A model generated the notes under the pieces. The model ran no database searches and was not told the DNA's origin. It saw only the letters and a program-made list of their open reading frames with translations. A DNA stretch of 64,000 nucleotides, from positions 47,554,001 through 47,618,000 of the forward strand of contig OX597817.1 of the NCBI GenBank assembly GCA_951406725.2, read 5' to 3'. Shown piece by piece: positions 26,336-39,743 of this stretch. How positions within the stretch are numbered: the stretch's first letter is position 1; every line of letters starts with the position of its first letter. The stretch is from Octopus vulgaris. Its lineage: Eukaryota. Made by a program: the position numbers and the translations under genes.

Positions 26336-27500
26336 AAGGTGGCGAACTGGCAGAATCGTTAGCATGCCGGGTGAAATGCTTAGCAGTATTTCATCTGCCG
26401 TTATGTTCTGAGTTCAAATTCCGTCGAGGTCGACTTTGCCTTTCATCCTTTCGGGATCGATAAATTAAGTATCAGTTACGCACTGGAGTCGATATAATCG
26501 ACTTAATCCCTTTTTCTGTCCTTGTTTGTCCCCTTTATGTTTAGCACCATGTGGGCAATAAAGAAATAAGAATCGTTAGCATGTCGGGTGAAATGCTTAG
26601 CAGTATTTCATCTGTCTTTACGTTCTGAGTTCAAATTCCGCCAAGGTCAACTGACCTTTCATCCTTTTGGGGTTGATAAAATAGGTACCAGTTACACACT
26701 GGGGTCGATGTAATCAACTAGTCCCCTACCTCAAAAAATTTCAGGCCTTGTACCTATAGTAGAAAGAATTATTATTATTATTATCATTATTATTATTATC
26801 ATTATTATTATTATTATTAAGGCGGTGAGCTGGCAGAATTGTTAGCATGCCGGGCGAAATGCTTAGCAGTATTTCATCTGTCTTTACGTTCTGAGTTCAA
26901 ATTCCACCAAGGTCAACTAACCTTTCATCCTTTTGGGGTCGATTAAAATAAGTACCAGTGAAACACCGGTTCGATGTAATCAACTAGTCCCCTACCTCAA
27001 AAAATTTAGGGCCTTGTTCCCATAGTAGAAAGGATTATTATTATTAATATTATTATTATTATTATCATTATTATTATTATTATTATCATTATTATTAAGC
27101 TGGTGAGACCACAGAATCGTTAGCACACCGGGTGAACTGCTTAGAGGTATTTTATTCGTCTTTACATTCTGAGTCCAATTTCCGCCGAGGTTGACTGTAC
27201 TTTTCATCCATCGATAAAATAAGTATCAGTGAAACACTGGCTTGATGTAATCAACTAGTCCCCTACCCCCAAAAATTTCAGGTCTTGTTTCTGTAGTAGA
27301 AAGGATTATTATTATTATTGTTATTAAGGTGGCAAGCTGGCAGAATTGTGAGCATGCAAGGCGAAATGCTTAACGGCATTTTGTCTGCCGTTTCGTTCTG
27401 AGTTCAAATTCCGAGGTTAACTTTGCCTTTCATTGTTTCGGGGTCAATTAAATAAGTACCAGTTACGCACTGGGGTCGATGTAATCAACTTAAACTCCTC
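26336..27500 (+). mobile_element. SINE family C cluster (Nin/Deu-domain-like), five head-to-tail units
   Basis: Unit AAGGCGGCGAGCTGGCAGAA...GAGTTCAAATTCC (B-box)...GCCTTTCATCCTTTCGGGGTCGATAAA..AGTACC (Nin-like core). Other copies: 22669-23155(+), 28795-29410(-), 36940-37395(+), 48965-49250(-), 57610-57850(+). Confidence 0.8.
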
Positions 27501-27527
27501 CCCCAAGCTGTTCTTGAGAGAAAATTT

Positions 27528-28080
27528 ATTATCATTATTATTATTGAGTGAGAGAGCAGTGCATGCCATCGAAGTGACACTGGGGTAAAAGACATGAACC
27601 CCAGTATACCCAACATGATTACCCGTCTGATAAGGGTACACCAGGCACATGCATCACAACCATATGTGCGCGACATGGTGATCTCATATCAAGAGAAACA
27701 GCGTATGACCTGGCAGGTAGGGGCCCAGTTAGAATTTTCTTCTGGTCGAGTAGCTCATCCTGCTCAAAAGGTCCCTGAATAAGGATTATTTAAGGATGTT
27801 GAAAGAACCGCTCGTGTTTCCAAAGGGGAATTATCCAAAGATTTCCTTTCAACACACGGCTATGATGCTCCCCCACTACTTCTACTCGTGGTCAGAGATG
27901 CACATATCGTCGGCCACTAAGGGGCATGGTCAACTGATTACGGTCAAACAACTGACAAGTAAATCTGTGGTATTGAGCAGAATATTTGCTGTAGCTTTTT
28001 TTTTATACTAAGACAAAATAATGTACATGATAACACTTCCAATCAGTTAAGATCAGAAGCCATGAGAGTCACTGTCTGGT
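27528..28080 (-). mobile_element. Second copy of the non-coding (TAA)n-tailed repeat
   Basis: Reverse complement of 10215-10770. Confidence 0.8.
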
Positions 28081-28525
28081 TCTGAGTTCAAATCCCACTG
28101 TGGTTGATTTTGCCTTTCATACTTTTCTGGCTAACATATGTAAATTTATATTGCGGACTCCTAAATATATCGCAGGTTTCTGCAGGAGATAGATATTTAC
28201 AGATTTTTCAGATTTTCTGTAGTAAAATAAGCATTTTCATGCCTAAGAATTAATAAAATGATAAATAAAAATACAGTACAGTACTCCACTGTATAACACA
28301 TTAATTAAAATACCGTAGATGAGTAAACAAAGAAACACACATACTGTATGGAAAATGAAACTCAGGAGGTGAGTGCGTAGTGTTTTTTTGCATTTATAAT
28401 AAAATAAATATATACAAATTATAAAAATTATTTTAAAAATATATACAGTACAGTACTGACTCTACTTTCCCTCTACATGGGAGGTTTTGGACCGTAACAC
28501 CCACGATAGTTGAGGGGTTACTGTA

Positions 28526-28730
28526 CAGTAACCCCTTGACTATTGCAAGTGTTACATTCCAAAACCTCCCACAGAAATAATTAAAATCTAAAAAAATATA
28601 AATACCTATCAGCCTCGGAAACCACGATATACTGAGGAACCCGCAAAAGAAATTTTCATATATTAGCCAGAAAAATCTGCATGGTACCAAGTGCACAAGA
28701 GGTGAACTGCAATATGGCAAGGGATTACTG
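28526..28730. mobile_element. Tigger/pogo-like MITE abutting the end of a related element (ending 28523)
   Basis: TA|CAGTAACCCCTTG ... CAAGGGATTACTG; the left neighbour ends GAGGGGTTACTG|TA. Confidence 0.7.
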
Positions 28731-29756
28731 TGCACAGTCATTTTATATTCATTTTTTATGTTAACTTGTATAAGATTATATATGTACATATATACTTTTC
28801 TACTCTATGTACAAGGCTTGAAATTTTGGGGGAGGGGGCCAGTCGATTATATAAACACCAGTACGCAACTGGTACTTAATTTATTGACCCCAAAAGGATA
28901 AAAGGCAAAGTTAACCTCAGCAGAATTTGATCTTAGAACGAAAAGGCAGACAAAATACCGCTAAGCATTTTGCCCGGCATGCTAACCTTTCGGCTAGCTT
29001 GCTACCATAGAATAATCTTTTCTACCCTAGACACAAGGCCCAAAATTTTTTGGTAGAGAACCAGTCAATTAGATCAACCCCAGTACACAATTGGTACTTA
29101 ATTTATTGACCCTGAAAGGATGAAAGGCAAAGTCTACCTTGGTGGAATCTGAACTCAGAACGTAAAGACAGACGAAATACCTATTTCTTTACTACCCACA
29201 AGGGGCTAAAAACAGAGGGGACAAGCAAGGACTGACAAACGGATTATGTTGATTATATCAACCCCAATGCGTAACTGGTACTTACTTAATCGACCCCGAA
29301 AGGATGAAAGGCAAAGTTGACCTCGGTGGAATTTGAACTCAGAACGTAATGGCAAATGAAATACCGCTAAGCATTTTGCCCAGCGTGCAAACATTTCTGC
29401 CAGCTCAGCACTTCATATGTACATATAGAGGCACACATACACATAAATGAGAGCACTTCAGAAAATGATGCAAATAAAAATTGCATTACTTTTTATTTCA
29501 TGTATATGTGTGTGAGGGTACATGACCAAGTGGTTAGGATGTTGCACTCACAATCGGAAGCTCACGGTTTCAATTCCTGGACAGTGTAATGCACTGTGTA
29601 CACCAATCACCTGCTCAGGAAACATTGATTTGATGGAGGAAGTGCGCTTATGTAGAACATATACATTTGAACACAATAAAAAGATCATTTGAGTAGGTTG
29701 TTCAGCAAAAACTGAACTCTCGTACGTTGTCTTCCACAGGAGATTCCATCATGTAT

Positions 29757-29945
29757 GTATGATATCACAGTATCACAGAATCAATCAGACCATCAGATGT
29801 TGTTATATACCTTGCTAGTCACAGTGCGCTTCCACTTGTTTTCATTGCACCGTTCTTTTCAATTTTGACCGAAATTGCTTCACTAAATCATCTTCCCATT
29901 GTTGTAGAGGATTTCCAAGAGTCCTTTTCTAATCTCTTGGGTACT
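29757..29945 (-). mobile_element. RTE-clade LINE extreme 3' end
   Basis: YPRD*KRTLGNPLQQWEDDLVK resembles the RTE C-terminal W.P...KR..GRP..RW.D motif; short tandem tail (ctgtgata)2. Confidence 0.6.
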
Positions 29946-30052
29946 ATATATATATATATATGCACACACACACATATATGTACATACACACACAAACACA
30001 TATATACATCTAAATGATGATGATGATGATATATTTACAAATGTACATCTAT

Positions 30053-30083
<31 letters not shown>

Positions 30084-30182
30084 CACACACACATTAACGT
30101 ACATACACATACATATTATTTTGTTTTGTTTTTTAAGTTTCAGCTCAGAGCTGCGGCCATGCTGATGTATCGCCATACATAC

Positions 30183-30216
<34 letters not shown>

Positions 30217-30267
30217 GTATATACATCTAAATAATGATGATGATATATTTACAAATGTACATCTATG

Positions 30268-30321
<54 letters not shown>

Positions 30322-30902
30322 CACACACATAGATGTACATATATTTGCAAACATACATATGTATATACATGCATTAGTACACATGCGAACCAAGTCTTCC
30401 GTGAGGCGTGTGGTATTAAAACCACAACTGTAATGTAGTTTTAGTAGTTTTCCATGAAGTTCTTTGTTTTTCTTTATTTTTCTTTTTTTTTTCTTATTCC
30501 AAACTGCTGATTTATCTGTTTAACATAAAATAAAATCTGCAATTTGGACAAACTTGATGGAAAAGTACTAAAACTACATTACAGCAATGTGTTTTCTTCT
30601 TTCTTTCTTTTCTGCTTTTTTTTGTCTTTGTTTTTTTTTTCATAAACTCACTGTTTCTTTCTTTCTCTCAATCTATGCCTGAAAGACTAAAAATCCGCAC
30701 GCATATGTACATACAGATATGTGTGAGTGTGTGTGTGTTTATACACACACACATGCATACATATGCTCAAAGAATTTCTCTAACATATACACACACAAAC
30801 ACATACATATATATATATACATATACACACACAAACCTCATATATATATAAACATATACACACACAAACTTCATATATATATATACATATACACACACAA
30901 AC

Positions 30903-30956
<54 letters not shown>

Positions 30957-31047
30957 AACCTCATTCATATACACACATATATACATATACGCACACAAAC
31001 CTTATATATATATACACACACACAATTATATATACATATACACACAC

Positions 31048-31097
<50 letters not shown>

Positions 31098-31644
31098 TAC
31101 ACACACACACATGCATATGCCCATATACACAGAGAATTACTCTCACAAACCTACACACATGCAATGAAAATCTTTTCTTTTCAAATTCTTGTCTTTATTG
31201 TTGTTGTTGTTGTTTTCCTTTCCTTCTCTCTCTCTCGACTGAAATCCATTCAAACCAAACAAAATTTAACTGAATAAAGACATTTTTCCTTTCCTAATTA
31301 ATTTGAAAATGGCCGTCTTAAGGAAATTAATTAAAAACAGAAGATTAAATGGTTTTGGTTTGTTGTGTTAGAGTTTTAGCACACACAACGATTCTAAAGC
31401 AGGATGGCATAATGATAAACAGCAAAACCTGATTGCTGTTCGTTAGAGAAACATCTTCGTTGTCTTCTCTTCATCAGTGCTCAATTAACTGATCTGCAGA
31501 GTGAGGTCAACTGCGGGCAACTACCTGATGACATATTGACAATCGGATAGAAGGTTAGGGTTAAATGTAGAGTGAACTCACAAAGATCAGTTTTGCTATG
31601 GGGATCACCTCATTACATCCCCATGCTGGAGCACTCTTTTTAGA

Positions 31645-32130
31645 TAATTATTATTATTATTATTATTATTTTTCCTTCTTTCTTCAAATTTTCTTCCGTT
31701 TCTCTCCGAGTGTTTTCCATACACCTAGGGCAGAGAAGCTCATTGTATGCATTCCCAGATTACACACTCAAATTCAAAGGTAAAATATGTATTTAAAAAA
31801 TTAATGAATAACTAAATTCATGAAAGGATGTTGTTTTCACAGCGATAATGCTCTTCTCAGTACCTGGGCCGTTCCAGTTAAAACAATTTTTTGCACTTCC
31901 TGTAGGGATGGCAAGCCTGGTATCATTTTCAAATAGGTTTCAGTACCTTTTTTATCATTCCTAGAGATCCTACAATCACTGATACTGTAGTCTCCTTGAG
32001 ATGCCACATTTTTTCAATTTCTATTAGCAAGTCTTTATATTTACTGATCTTGTGAAATTCTTTCCCCACTATATGGTGATCGCAAGGAATACTCATGTCA
32101 ATTAATAAATACATCCTTTTTGTCTGATCT
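31645..32130 (-). mobile_element. R4/Dong-clade 3' fragment with (TAA)n tail
   Basis: LLIDMSIPCDHHIVGKEFHKISKYKDLLIEIEKMWHLKETTVSVIVGSLGMIKK, later VQKIVLTGTAQVLRRAL; tail (TTA)n on the plus strand at 31645-31670. Confidence 0.8.
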
Positions 32131-35100
32131 TTTATGATAATATCCAGTTTATTAGCTCCTCCTCCTCATCATCATTGTTTAATGTCCGCTTTCAAGGCTG
32201 GTATGGGTTTGACTGAGGCATGGGAGCTAGTCGGGGGTACTGGCATCAGCCACATTTTTACATGCCACTGGCATCAGAGCCTGTCAGGCAGCCCTGGCAT
32301 CGATCATGTTTGGATAGTGATTTTTATGTGCCACCAGCACAGGAGCCAGTCAGGAGGCATTGGCATCGATCATGTTCGGATAGTGCTTTTTACGTGCTAC
32401 TGGCACAGGAGCCAGTCAGGGGGCCTGGCATCGGCCACGTTCAGATGGTGCTTTTTATGTGCCACTAGCAAAGGAGCCAGTCAAGGGGACACTGGCATCG
32501 ACCACATTCGGATGATGCATTTTACATTCCACTGGAACGGAAGCCAAGTCAGGGGGCACTGATATGCTGCTATTTTGTATGTGTGTGATATTGTGTCTTT
32601 ATATTTAGTATCACTAATTTGGGATCAGTAAATTGGCAAGGTTTACTGAAGGGTCCAGTCCTTGTTACAGTGTGGTTGTTTGTCTGCTTCAATAAACCTG
32701 AGGGCAATGCCAGAGGAGCACAAGCTCCTGGTGAGGTCCCCCATGTTGGGCAGATCAAAGGATTGAGACCAGAGGTAAAAATAAGTTTGCAAAAGACACA
32801 AAACTCCTAACTAGAAAAAAAAAGCAAAATTACAGAAGCATTGATGACAGTTCAAACCAACAAGACCTGGGAGAGGAAGGCCTTTCCCCCAGGTAAAGAC
32901 AGCCCTGAATCAAGAACAACATAGAAAAATCATTGATGGCCTTTACTCCTTATGGAGTGCAAGTATTATGCAAGTAAGTCAACAGAATGCTGCTCTGCCC
33001 TGGTTGAAGCTGTTTATAACATTTTTCAGAATTAGAATCCTCGAAGTATCCTTTAAAAATTTCAAGAAACTTTCAGTGAATTCTGGCCATGGGGGAATAT
33101 TACCTTGCTTCGAAACAGGTGAGAGTTGGTGACAAGAAGGGCACTCCCCCCCCCCAGCTGTAGAAAATCTGCCTCAACAAATTTCATCTCGCCCAGTCAA
33201 GCATGGAAAAGCGGATGTGAAAACGTTGATGATTAGGAGGAGGAGGACGAAGAGGAGGAGGGGAAAAGGAGGAGGATGACGAGGACGAAGAGGAAGGCGA
33301 CGATGACGAGGACGAAGAGGAGGACAACAATGACGAGGATGAAGAGGAGGATGACGATGACGAGGACGAAGAGGCGGACGAGGAGGAGGAGGATAGATGG
33401 TCTCTCACTAATACAAGGGAGTAGTGTATTTCTGTCCATGTACTGTTAAAATAGAGATCTTGAAGGGGGGGGAAAAAACATTAGACTGCTACCAATAAAA
33501 TTGTATAGATGTAGTCCAGCTTAACTGGAGAAAAGCCAAATACAGTTGTAAATCACCACAAGAGAGTCAATACGTTGCAGCAAGTCGGTAGAGATGTATG
33601 TTGAATAACAGTATAATGTAAACAGCAGGGATAGAAAAGCAGGCCTGATATATATTTCAAGAGTGACAAGCAGACAAAGCAGAGAAATATGTATTGTCCT
33701 AAAGAATTAGGGAAACGTGAATTCAGAATCAGAATAGAAAAAGGTTATTGTAGTTGTGGTAGAAGAAATAGAAGAGAAGAAAAAGTTTTCTGTAGGAGAC
33801 AGTGGTGGCAGAGATACGTTGAAAAAGTCATTATTTAGTAAAAAGCCTTTTTGTAGATGCAGTCTTGGATGTGTGTGTGTGGTTAGGTAAAGCATTTTTA
33901 CAAATATCTGAGCAGTATTTTAATGTGATTTACATTTATGGGTCAAGGGAAGCTGTCATATGTGTAGAACTGACGAGAGATCTAACCAGTTAGTTAACAT
34001 AAAATAGCTGAAGGTTCATGAAGCAAAGGTTGCTATGAGATAGGATGATGTGCGCTGGCTGTCTTCATTTAAGCAATGTCGTTGATGGGAGAAATGGATA
34101 AAAGCGAATTTATGAGGTGAGCAAGAGTTTAAGGGTGTTTAGAGAGGTGGTGTTATTAGTTAGATGTATGAAGAAATGAAAATACCGAAAGAAGTAGACA
34201 CTTCAGAAAAGCAAACAATTTGGCTTTCATGCTGGCTATGTTTGAGGGGGAAATGTTGAAGAGTCGGGAAGAGCCGTGTTCTTTGAAGTCATTGAGGCTG
34301 ATGACTTCAGAAATGGTATTCATCTTCTATTATGGTTTCGGTAATTGTCATCAACAGTATACTCTTTTACTTGTTTCAGTCATTTGACTGTGGCCATGCT
34401 GGAGCACTGCCTTTAGTCGAGCAAATCGCCCCCCCCCCCCAGGTCTTATTCTTTCTAAGCCTAGTACTTATTTTATCGGTCTCTTTTGCTGAACCGCTAA
34501 GTTACGGGGACGTAAACACACCAGCATTGATTGTCAAACGATGCTGGGGAGGGGGGGACAAACACAGACACACAAACATATACACACACACATACATACA
34601 TACATATATATATATATTTGTTTTGCAAGATTTTTGAAATAAGATTAAGATTAAAGTAAAAAATAAATAATGCTGAAGCAAAGTAACACCAAATATATAG
34701 TGCGTGTGTTTTTATTGGCTAAACTGGCAAAATGACCATTCCTAAATACAACAATATATATATATATATATATATACATATATATACGACGAGCTTCTTT
34801 CAGTTTCCATCTACCAAATCCACTCACAAGGCTTTGGTCAGCCCGAGGCTATAATAGAAGACACTTGCCCAAGGTGCTACGCAGTGGGATTGAAGCCGGA
34901 ACTATGTGGTTTGTAAGCAAGCTACTTACCACACAGCCACTCCTATGCCTAAGTATCTCGTCTTTATTTTTATCAACATTTTCCAAGCTGGCATGGGTTG
35001 GATGACTTGTCACAGTCCATATCTGTTCTTATTTGGAGTTTGAGTAATCCTAGGCTTGTGGTGGGAGGAGTTCCTTTGTCTTGGCAACACATAATGGTTG

Positions 35101-36495
35101 TAAATGAGCATCACTATTCATACAAGTGATGTCATTCATTTCCAGTCTTCTGTGAAAACAAGTCTGCCAATGGAGAAATATTACGTTGCTTGGAAATAGG
35201 TGAGGTTGGCAACAGGAAGGGCATTAGGTCATAGAAAATCTTCTCTCTCAATGTATATAACTATTATGAATGTATCGTATTTAAAATATTGTTATTATTA
35301 CTAATAATAATATTTATATTCATAACGTATTTCCTATATTGTAACGAAACAAGTGTAATGTGGAATTTTAAATATACCAAATTTTCCAGTCTTTGTTTTA
35401 ATGTATGTATGTATGTATGTATCAATCTAATCTAATCTAATCTAATCTATCTATCTACCATAATAATAATTCCAAGTTTTATTTGAATAACAATCATGTC
35501 CAGTTTCGTTTTTGGATTTGGTTTGCAAGATTCTTTATATGAGTTCATGTGTTGAAGCATATTCTGTTGTGTCTGGGGAGATTCATTTTCTTTTTGTGCC
35601 TTATTATGAAACACACTCACCAGTGAAATTTCCACTTTTTTTTTATCTTTATTTTCCTAAAATTTTCGTTGCATCTTGCAACCTTTTCAATAGTTTTCAC
35701 TAAGTGCAATAAATAAATGTAGCAACAGGAACAAATATACAAAAGTTTGTATGTAAAATAACAAAAATAGCAAAGCATCTACTCATTAACAAACCACAAG
35801 TCATGGCCATTAAAGAGTCAATAACACGGTATAAACACCGAGATGTTTAACAAAACTTCAGTGGCAAAGCTTTTATATGTCACTAGATCAACAGAGATAC
35901 ATTAATAAAGTACATAAAGTACATTTTCTCAAAAGAGAATGCAAAACTAGCAGCAAGGCCTGCAACCATCCCTGTAACCATCCAGAAGTCATACCGTTAA
36001 AAAAAAAATTTAAAAAAACAAAAAATAATAGTCTATTATTTATGTTCCAGTTTTAAAGAGCAAGATTAATTCTTTCATACAATCCACTCTGCATGTATCT
36101 AAACTCTGTTTACAATCTCTTTTCATGAACCTAAATATTCCCTATTGTATTTTAAACCGCTTCCGGTGATTCTGTTTACGTTCAAACTGTGTTCCATCAA
36201 TTGTTTGTGTCTCAAGATGTTTACGTTTTCGGTTATTGCCGCTTAACAGTCATGCGCTGCTTACAGTCAGACGTTTGTAATTTCGTAATTTTTGGTCTTA
36301 TCAATTACCTCATACTAACTCCATCTACAATCACTTTGAATCTCTGAACTATTTTCTAGATATACAAAGCGTGGCTGAATGGCCAAGAGGCTTACTTCCC
36401 AACCAGGTGGTCTTGGATTCAGTCCAGCTCAGTGCCTGGCACCTCGAGTAAGTGTCTTCTACTATAGCTCCAGACTGACCAAAGTTTTGCATATA

Positions 36496-36657
36496 TAAGC
36501 GTAGGAGTGGCTGTGTGGTAAGTAGCTTGCTTACCAACCACATGGTTCCGGGTTTAGTCCCACTGCGTGGCACCTTGGGCAAGTGTCTTCTACTATAGCC
36601 TCAGGCCGACCAAAGCCTTGTGAGTGGATTTGGTAGACGGAAACTGAAAGAAGCCTG

Positions 36658-36703
<46 letters not shown>

Positions 36704-36913
36704 ATATGTTTGTGTGTCTGTGTTTGTCCCCCCAGCATCGCTTGACAACCGATGCTGGTGTGTTTATGTCCCCGTAACTTAGCGGTTCGGCAAAAAGAGA
36801 CCGATGGAATAAGTACTAGGCTTACAAAGAATAAGTCCTGGGGTCGATTTGCTCGACTAAAGGCGGTGCTCCAGCATAGCCACAGTCAAATGACTGAAAC
36901 AAGTAAAAGAGAG
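36496..36913 (+). mobile_element. SINE family B: tRNA-derived, CORE-type SINE with a central (TA)n/(TG)n tract (representative full copy)
   Basis: A-box TGGCTGTGTGG, B-box-like GGTT(C/T)AGTCCC, CORE-like CCTTGGGCAAGT, tail (AGTAAAAG)n. Other copies: ~1855-2265(-), 2290-2675(-), 2677-3090(-), 12465-12893(-), 13595-14570(-), 15050-15562(-), 17330-17712(+), 19062-19200(+), 20722-21156(-), 34360-34950(-), 41438-42170(+), 52167-53215(+), 55590-55752(-), 59630-61265(-). Confidence 0.88.
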
Positions 36914-37428
36914 TTTTAGATTGGGTAGAGAGAAACTAAAAGAGGCAGTGAGCTGGCAGAAACGTTAGTACACCAGGCAAAATGCTTGGCAGTATTTCGT
37001 CTGCCGTTACATTCTGAATTCAAATTCCAACGAGGTTGACTTTGCCTTTCATCCTTTCGGGGTCGATAAATTAAGTACCAGTTACGCACTGGGGTCAATG
37101 TAATCGACTTAATCCCTTTGTCTGTCCTTGTTTGTCTCCTCTATGTTTAGCCCCTTGTGGGCAATAAAGAAATAAGAAACGTTAGCATGCCGGGCAAAAT
37201 GCTTAGCAGTATTTCATCTGCCATTACGTTCTGAGTTCAAATTCCACCGAGGTCGACTTTGCTTTACGACCTTTCGGGGTCGATAAATTAAGTACCAGTT
37301 ATGCACTGGGATCAATGTAATCGACTCAATCTCTTTGTCTGTCCTTGTTTGTCTCCTCTATGTTTAGCCCCTTGTGGGCAATAAAGAAAGAAGAAACTAA
37401 AAAAAGCCTATTGTGTGTGTATGCGTGT

Positions 37429-37460
<32 letters not shown>

Positions 37461-39708
37461 TTTGCCTTGTCTGGACACCACGTGATGGCTGTAAATGATG
37501 ATGATCATCATCATCACACAGGCAAGGTTTTTACTTCCAATCTTCTGTGAAAAACTAGTCTAGCTATGAGAAACCATTACCTTACTTTGAAACAAGTGAG
37601 GGTGGGTTGGTGATAGGAAAGGCATCCAGTTGTAGAAAAATAGGCTTCAACAAGTTCCATCTGACCCATGCAAGTATGGACAAAAGGACATCATATGACG
37701 ATAGTGATGATGATGACGATGATGTATCACTTTTAAAAGCTTCCATGCACAGTGGTGAATTGACAGCGTCATTAGACCATTAACTAGATTTCCTTGTGGT
37801 GTTTGTTCCAGCTCTCAGCACAATGAGTTCAAACCCTACCAAAGTCAAATTAACCCTTCATCCTTTCAGAGTCAACAAAAACAATAACAATCCAGCATGG
37901 TGGATTGGCAAAAATGTAAGGATGTCAGACCAGATACCCTGTGGTATTAGTTCTGACTTTTTTGCATTTGGGATTCAAATCTCACCATGGCCTACTTAGG
38001 TGATAAACTTGACCTGTCACCTGACTTAATACTACCACCTAACACAAGATCCTTGTTTCAATCCCTGGACTAGGTGGTACATTGTGTTCTTGAGCAAAAC
38101 ACTTCATTTCTGATTGCTCCAGTAAAGAAGTTACCTTGTAGCAGACTAGCATCCTGTTCAGGGTAAACGTTGTGATCTTGGTCACTTATATGCCATGGGA
38201 AAATAATGGGTAGCTGGTCCTCGAGCCCTAGGACTTGAGGTAGTAATGTCTGTGGGTTGATGATGATGCTGACGTTTTTGCAAGTATTTAGGCCAGGTCT
38301 CAAGTTTGACGATACCCCCCCTCCTTCGCTTCCCATTAATCTGGGAAGTCCTATAATTGGTTACAGGTACTGCTTTTCCCTTTATTAAAACATAAAAAGG
38401 GAAAAAAACAAAAACAAAATAATCGTCATCACCATCATTTAACATTTGTTTGCATGCTGGCATGGGTTGGACAGTTTGACAGGAGCTGGCTAGCAGGGAG
38501 TTGTCCAGACTCCAGTCAGCTGTTTTGGCATGGTTTCTACAGATAGCTGCCCTTCTTAACAGCAATCACTTTAGAGTGTACTGGATGCTCTTTATGTAAC
38601 ACCAGCACAAGAGTTATTTACGTAGTGCTGGCATGGATGCTTTTTACGTGGCCTTGACACAGGTGCTTTTCACAAGGCACCGGCATGAGTGCTCTCTATG
38701 TGACGCCAATACGAGTGCTATTTACATGGTGCCACCACAGGTCCTTTTTACACAGCACCAGCAAGGATGCTTTTTGTGTAATGCCGGCACAGATGCTTTT
38801 TACATGGTGTCAGCACGGGTCCTCTTTATGCGGCACTAGCACACGTGCTTTTATGTGGCACTGGCAAAGAAATGTAAATGTTTTTTTGAAAGCCGACTAT
38901 ACTCAAGTGATATCTATAACTTCTAACACTAACAAACAAGCTTTATATCCTTATTTCCTTTCCAAAATCTTTTTTTAACATCAAAGTCCACAAAGCAAAA
39001 AAAAAGAACACCAATATTCCAGCTGTTTGTCTTGGAGAAAAAGCGTCTTTCTATCACATGGGACCTTTGTTGTTTGGCTTTCATTCTTTCGCTTCTCTCT
39101 GCTGTAGTTCTTCTTCCGTCTCTATTCCTCCTTGTACTACGGTATTTTATTCTGCAAAGCTGGAATGCCTCTTTGGAAAATCTCCATATTGAGCAAAACT
39201 TTGATTGGATTGCAAAAATAATTGTAGCGTAATGTTTAATGGCATCAGGGATGGTTGCCAACCCTGTCAGTAAGCTGTCCCTAAACCTATTACTTCAACC
39301 TAATTTCCTTAGGGAAATTAACTTTTCATAGAAACTTGTTCTAACATAGCACATTGTCTGGTCTCTCTTTTCCTTTTTTTTTTTGTTATATATATAACTA
39401 CATATATGTATACATACATATACATAGATATACACATATACATACATGCAAACACATACATACTAATACATACATACATATATATAGATATGTGTGTGTG
39501 TGTGTATGCCTATACACATATACAAATACATACATATATATATGTATATACACACATACAAATACATACATATATATATATATGCATATATACACATACA
39601 AAGACATACATACATATATATATGCATATACACACATACAAAGACATACATACATATATATATAATATATATATATATATATGCATATACACACATACAA
39701 AGAAATAC

Positions 39709-39743
<35 letters not shown>

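Noticed and set aside
31553-31563. TAACCCTAACC on the minus strand as a telomerase RNA template
   Set aside because: I could not build a convincing pseudoknot, CR4/5 or H/ACA domain downstream, and an 11-mer alone is expected by chance.
33230-33395. Acidic or Ser-rich coding-like tract
   Set aside because: It is a degenerate expansion of the (GAT)n tail of the adjacent SINE, with no splice sites or flanking coding context.
36496-36565. tRNA genes
   Set aside because: The A/B boxes belong to tRNA-derived SINE heads, which form no complete cloverleaf and continue into the SINE body.
38237-38260. let-7-like TGAGGTAGTA (also miR-1-like ATGTAAAGAAGT at ~43183 and miR-96-like CTTGGCACT at ~16293)
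   Set aside because: These are only partial matches with no complementary precursor arm.
38929-39261. 110-aa minus-strand ORF in unique sequence
   Set aside because: It has a non-ATG start, no recognisable motif and no flanking splice sites; I kept the region only as a non-coding island.
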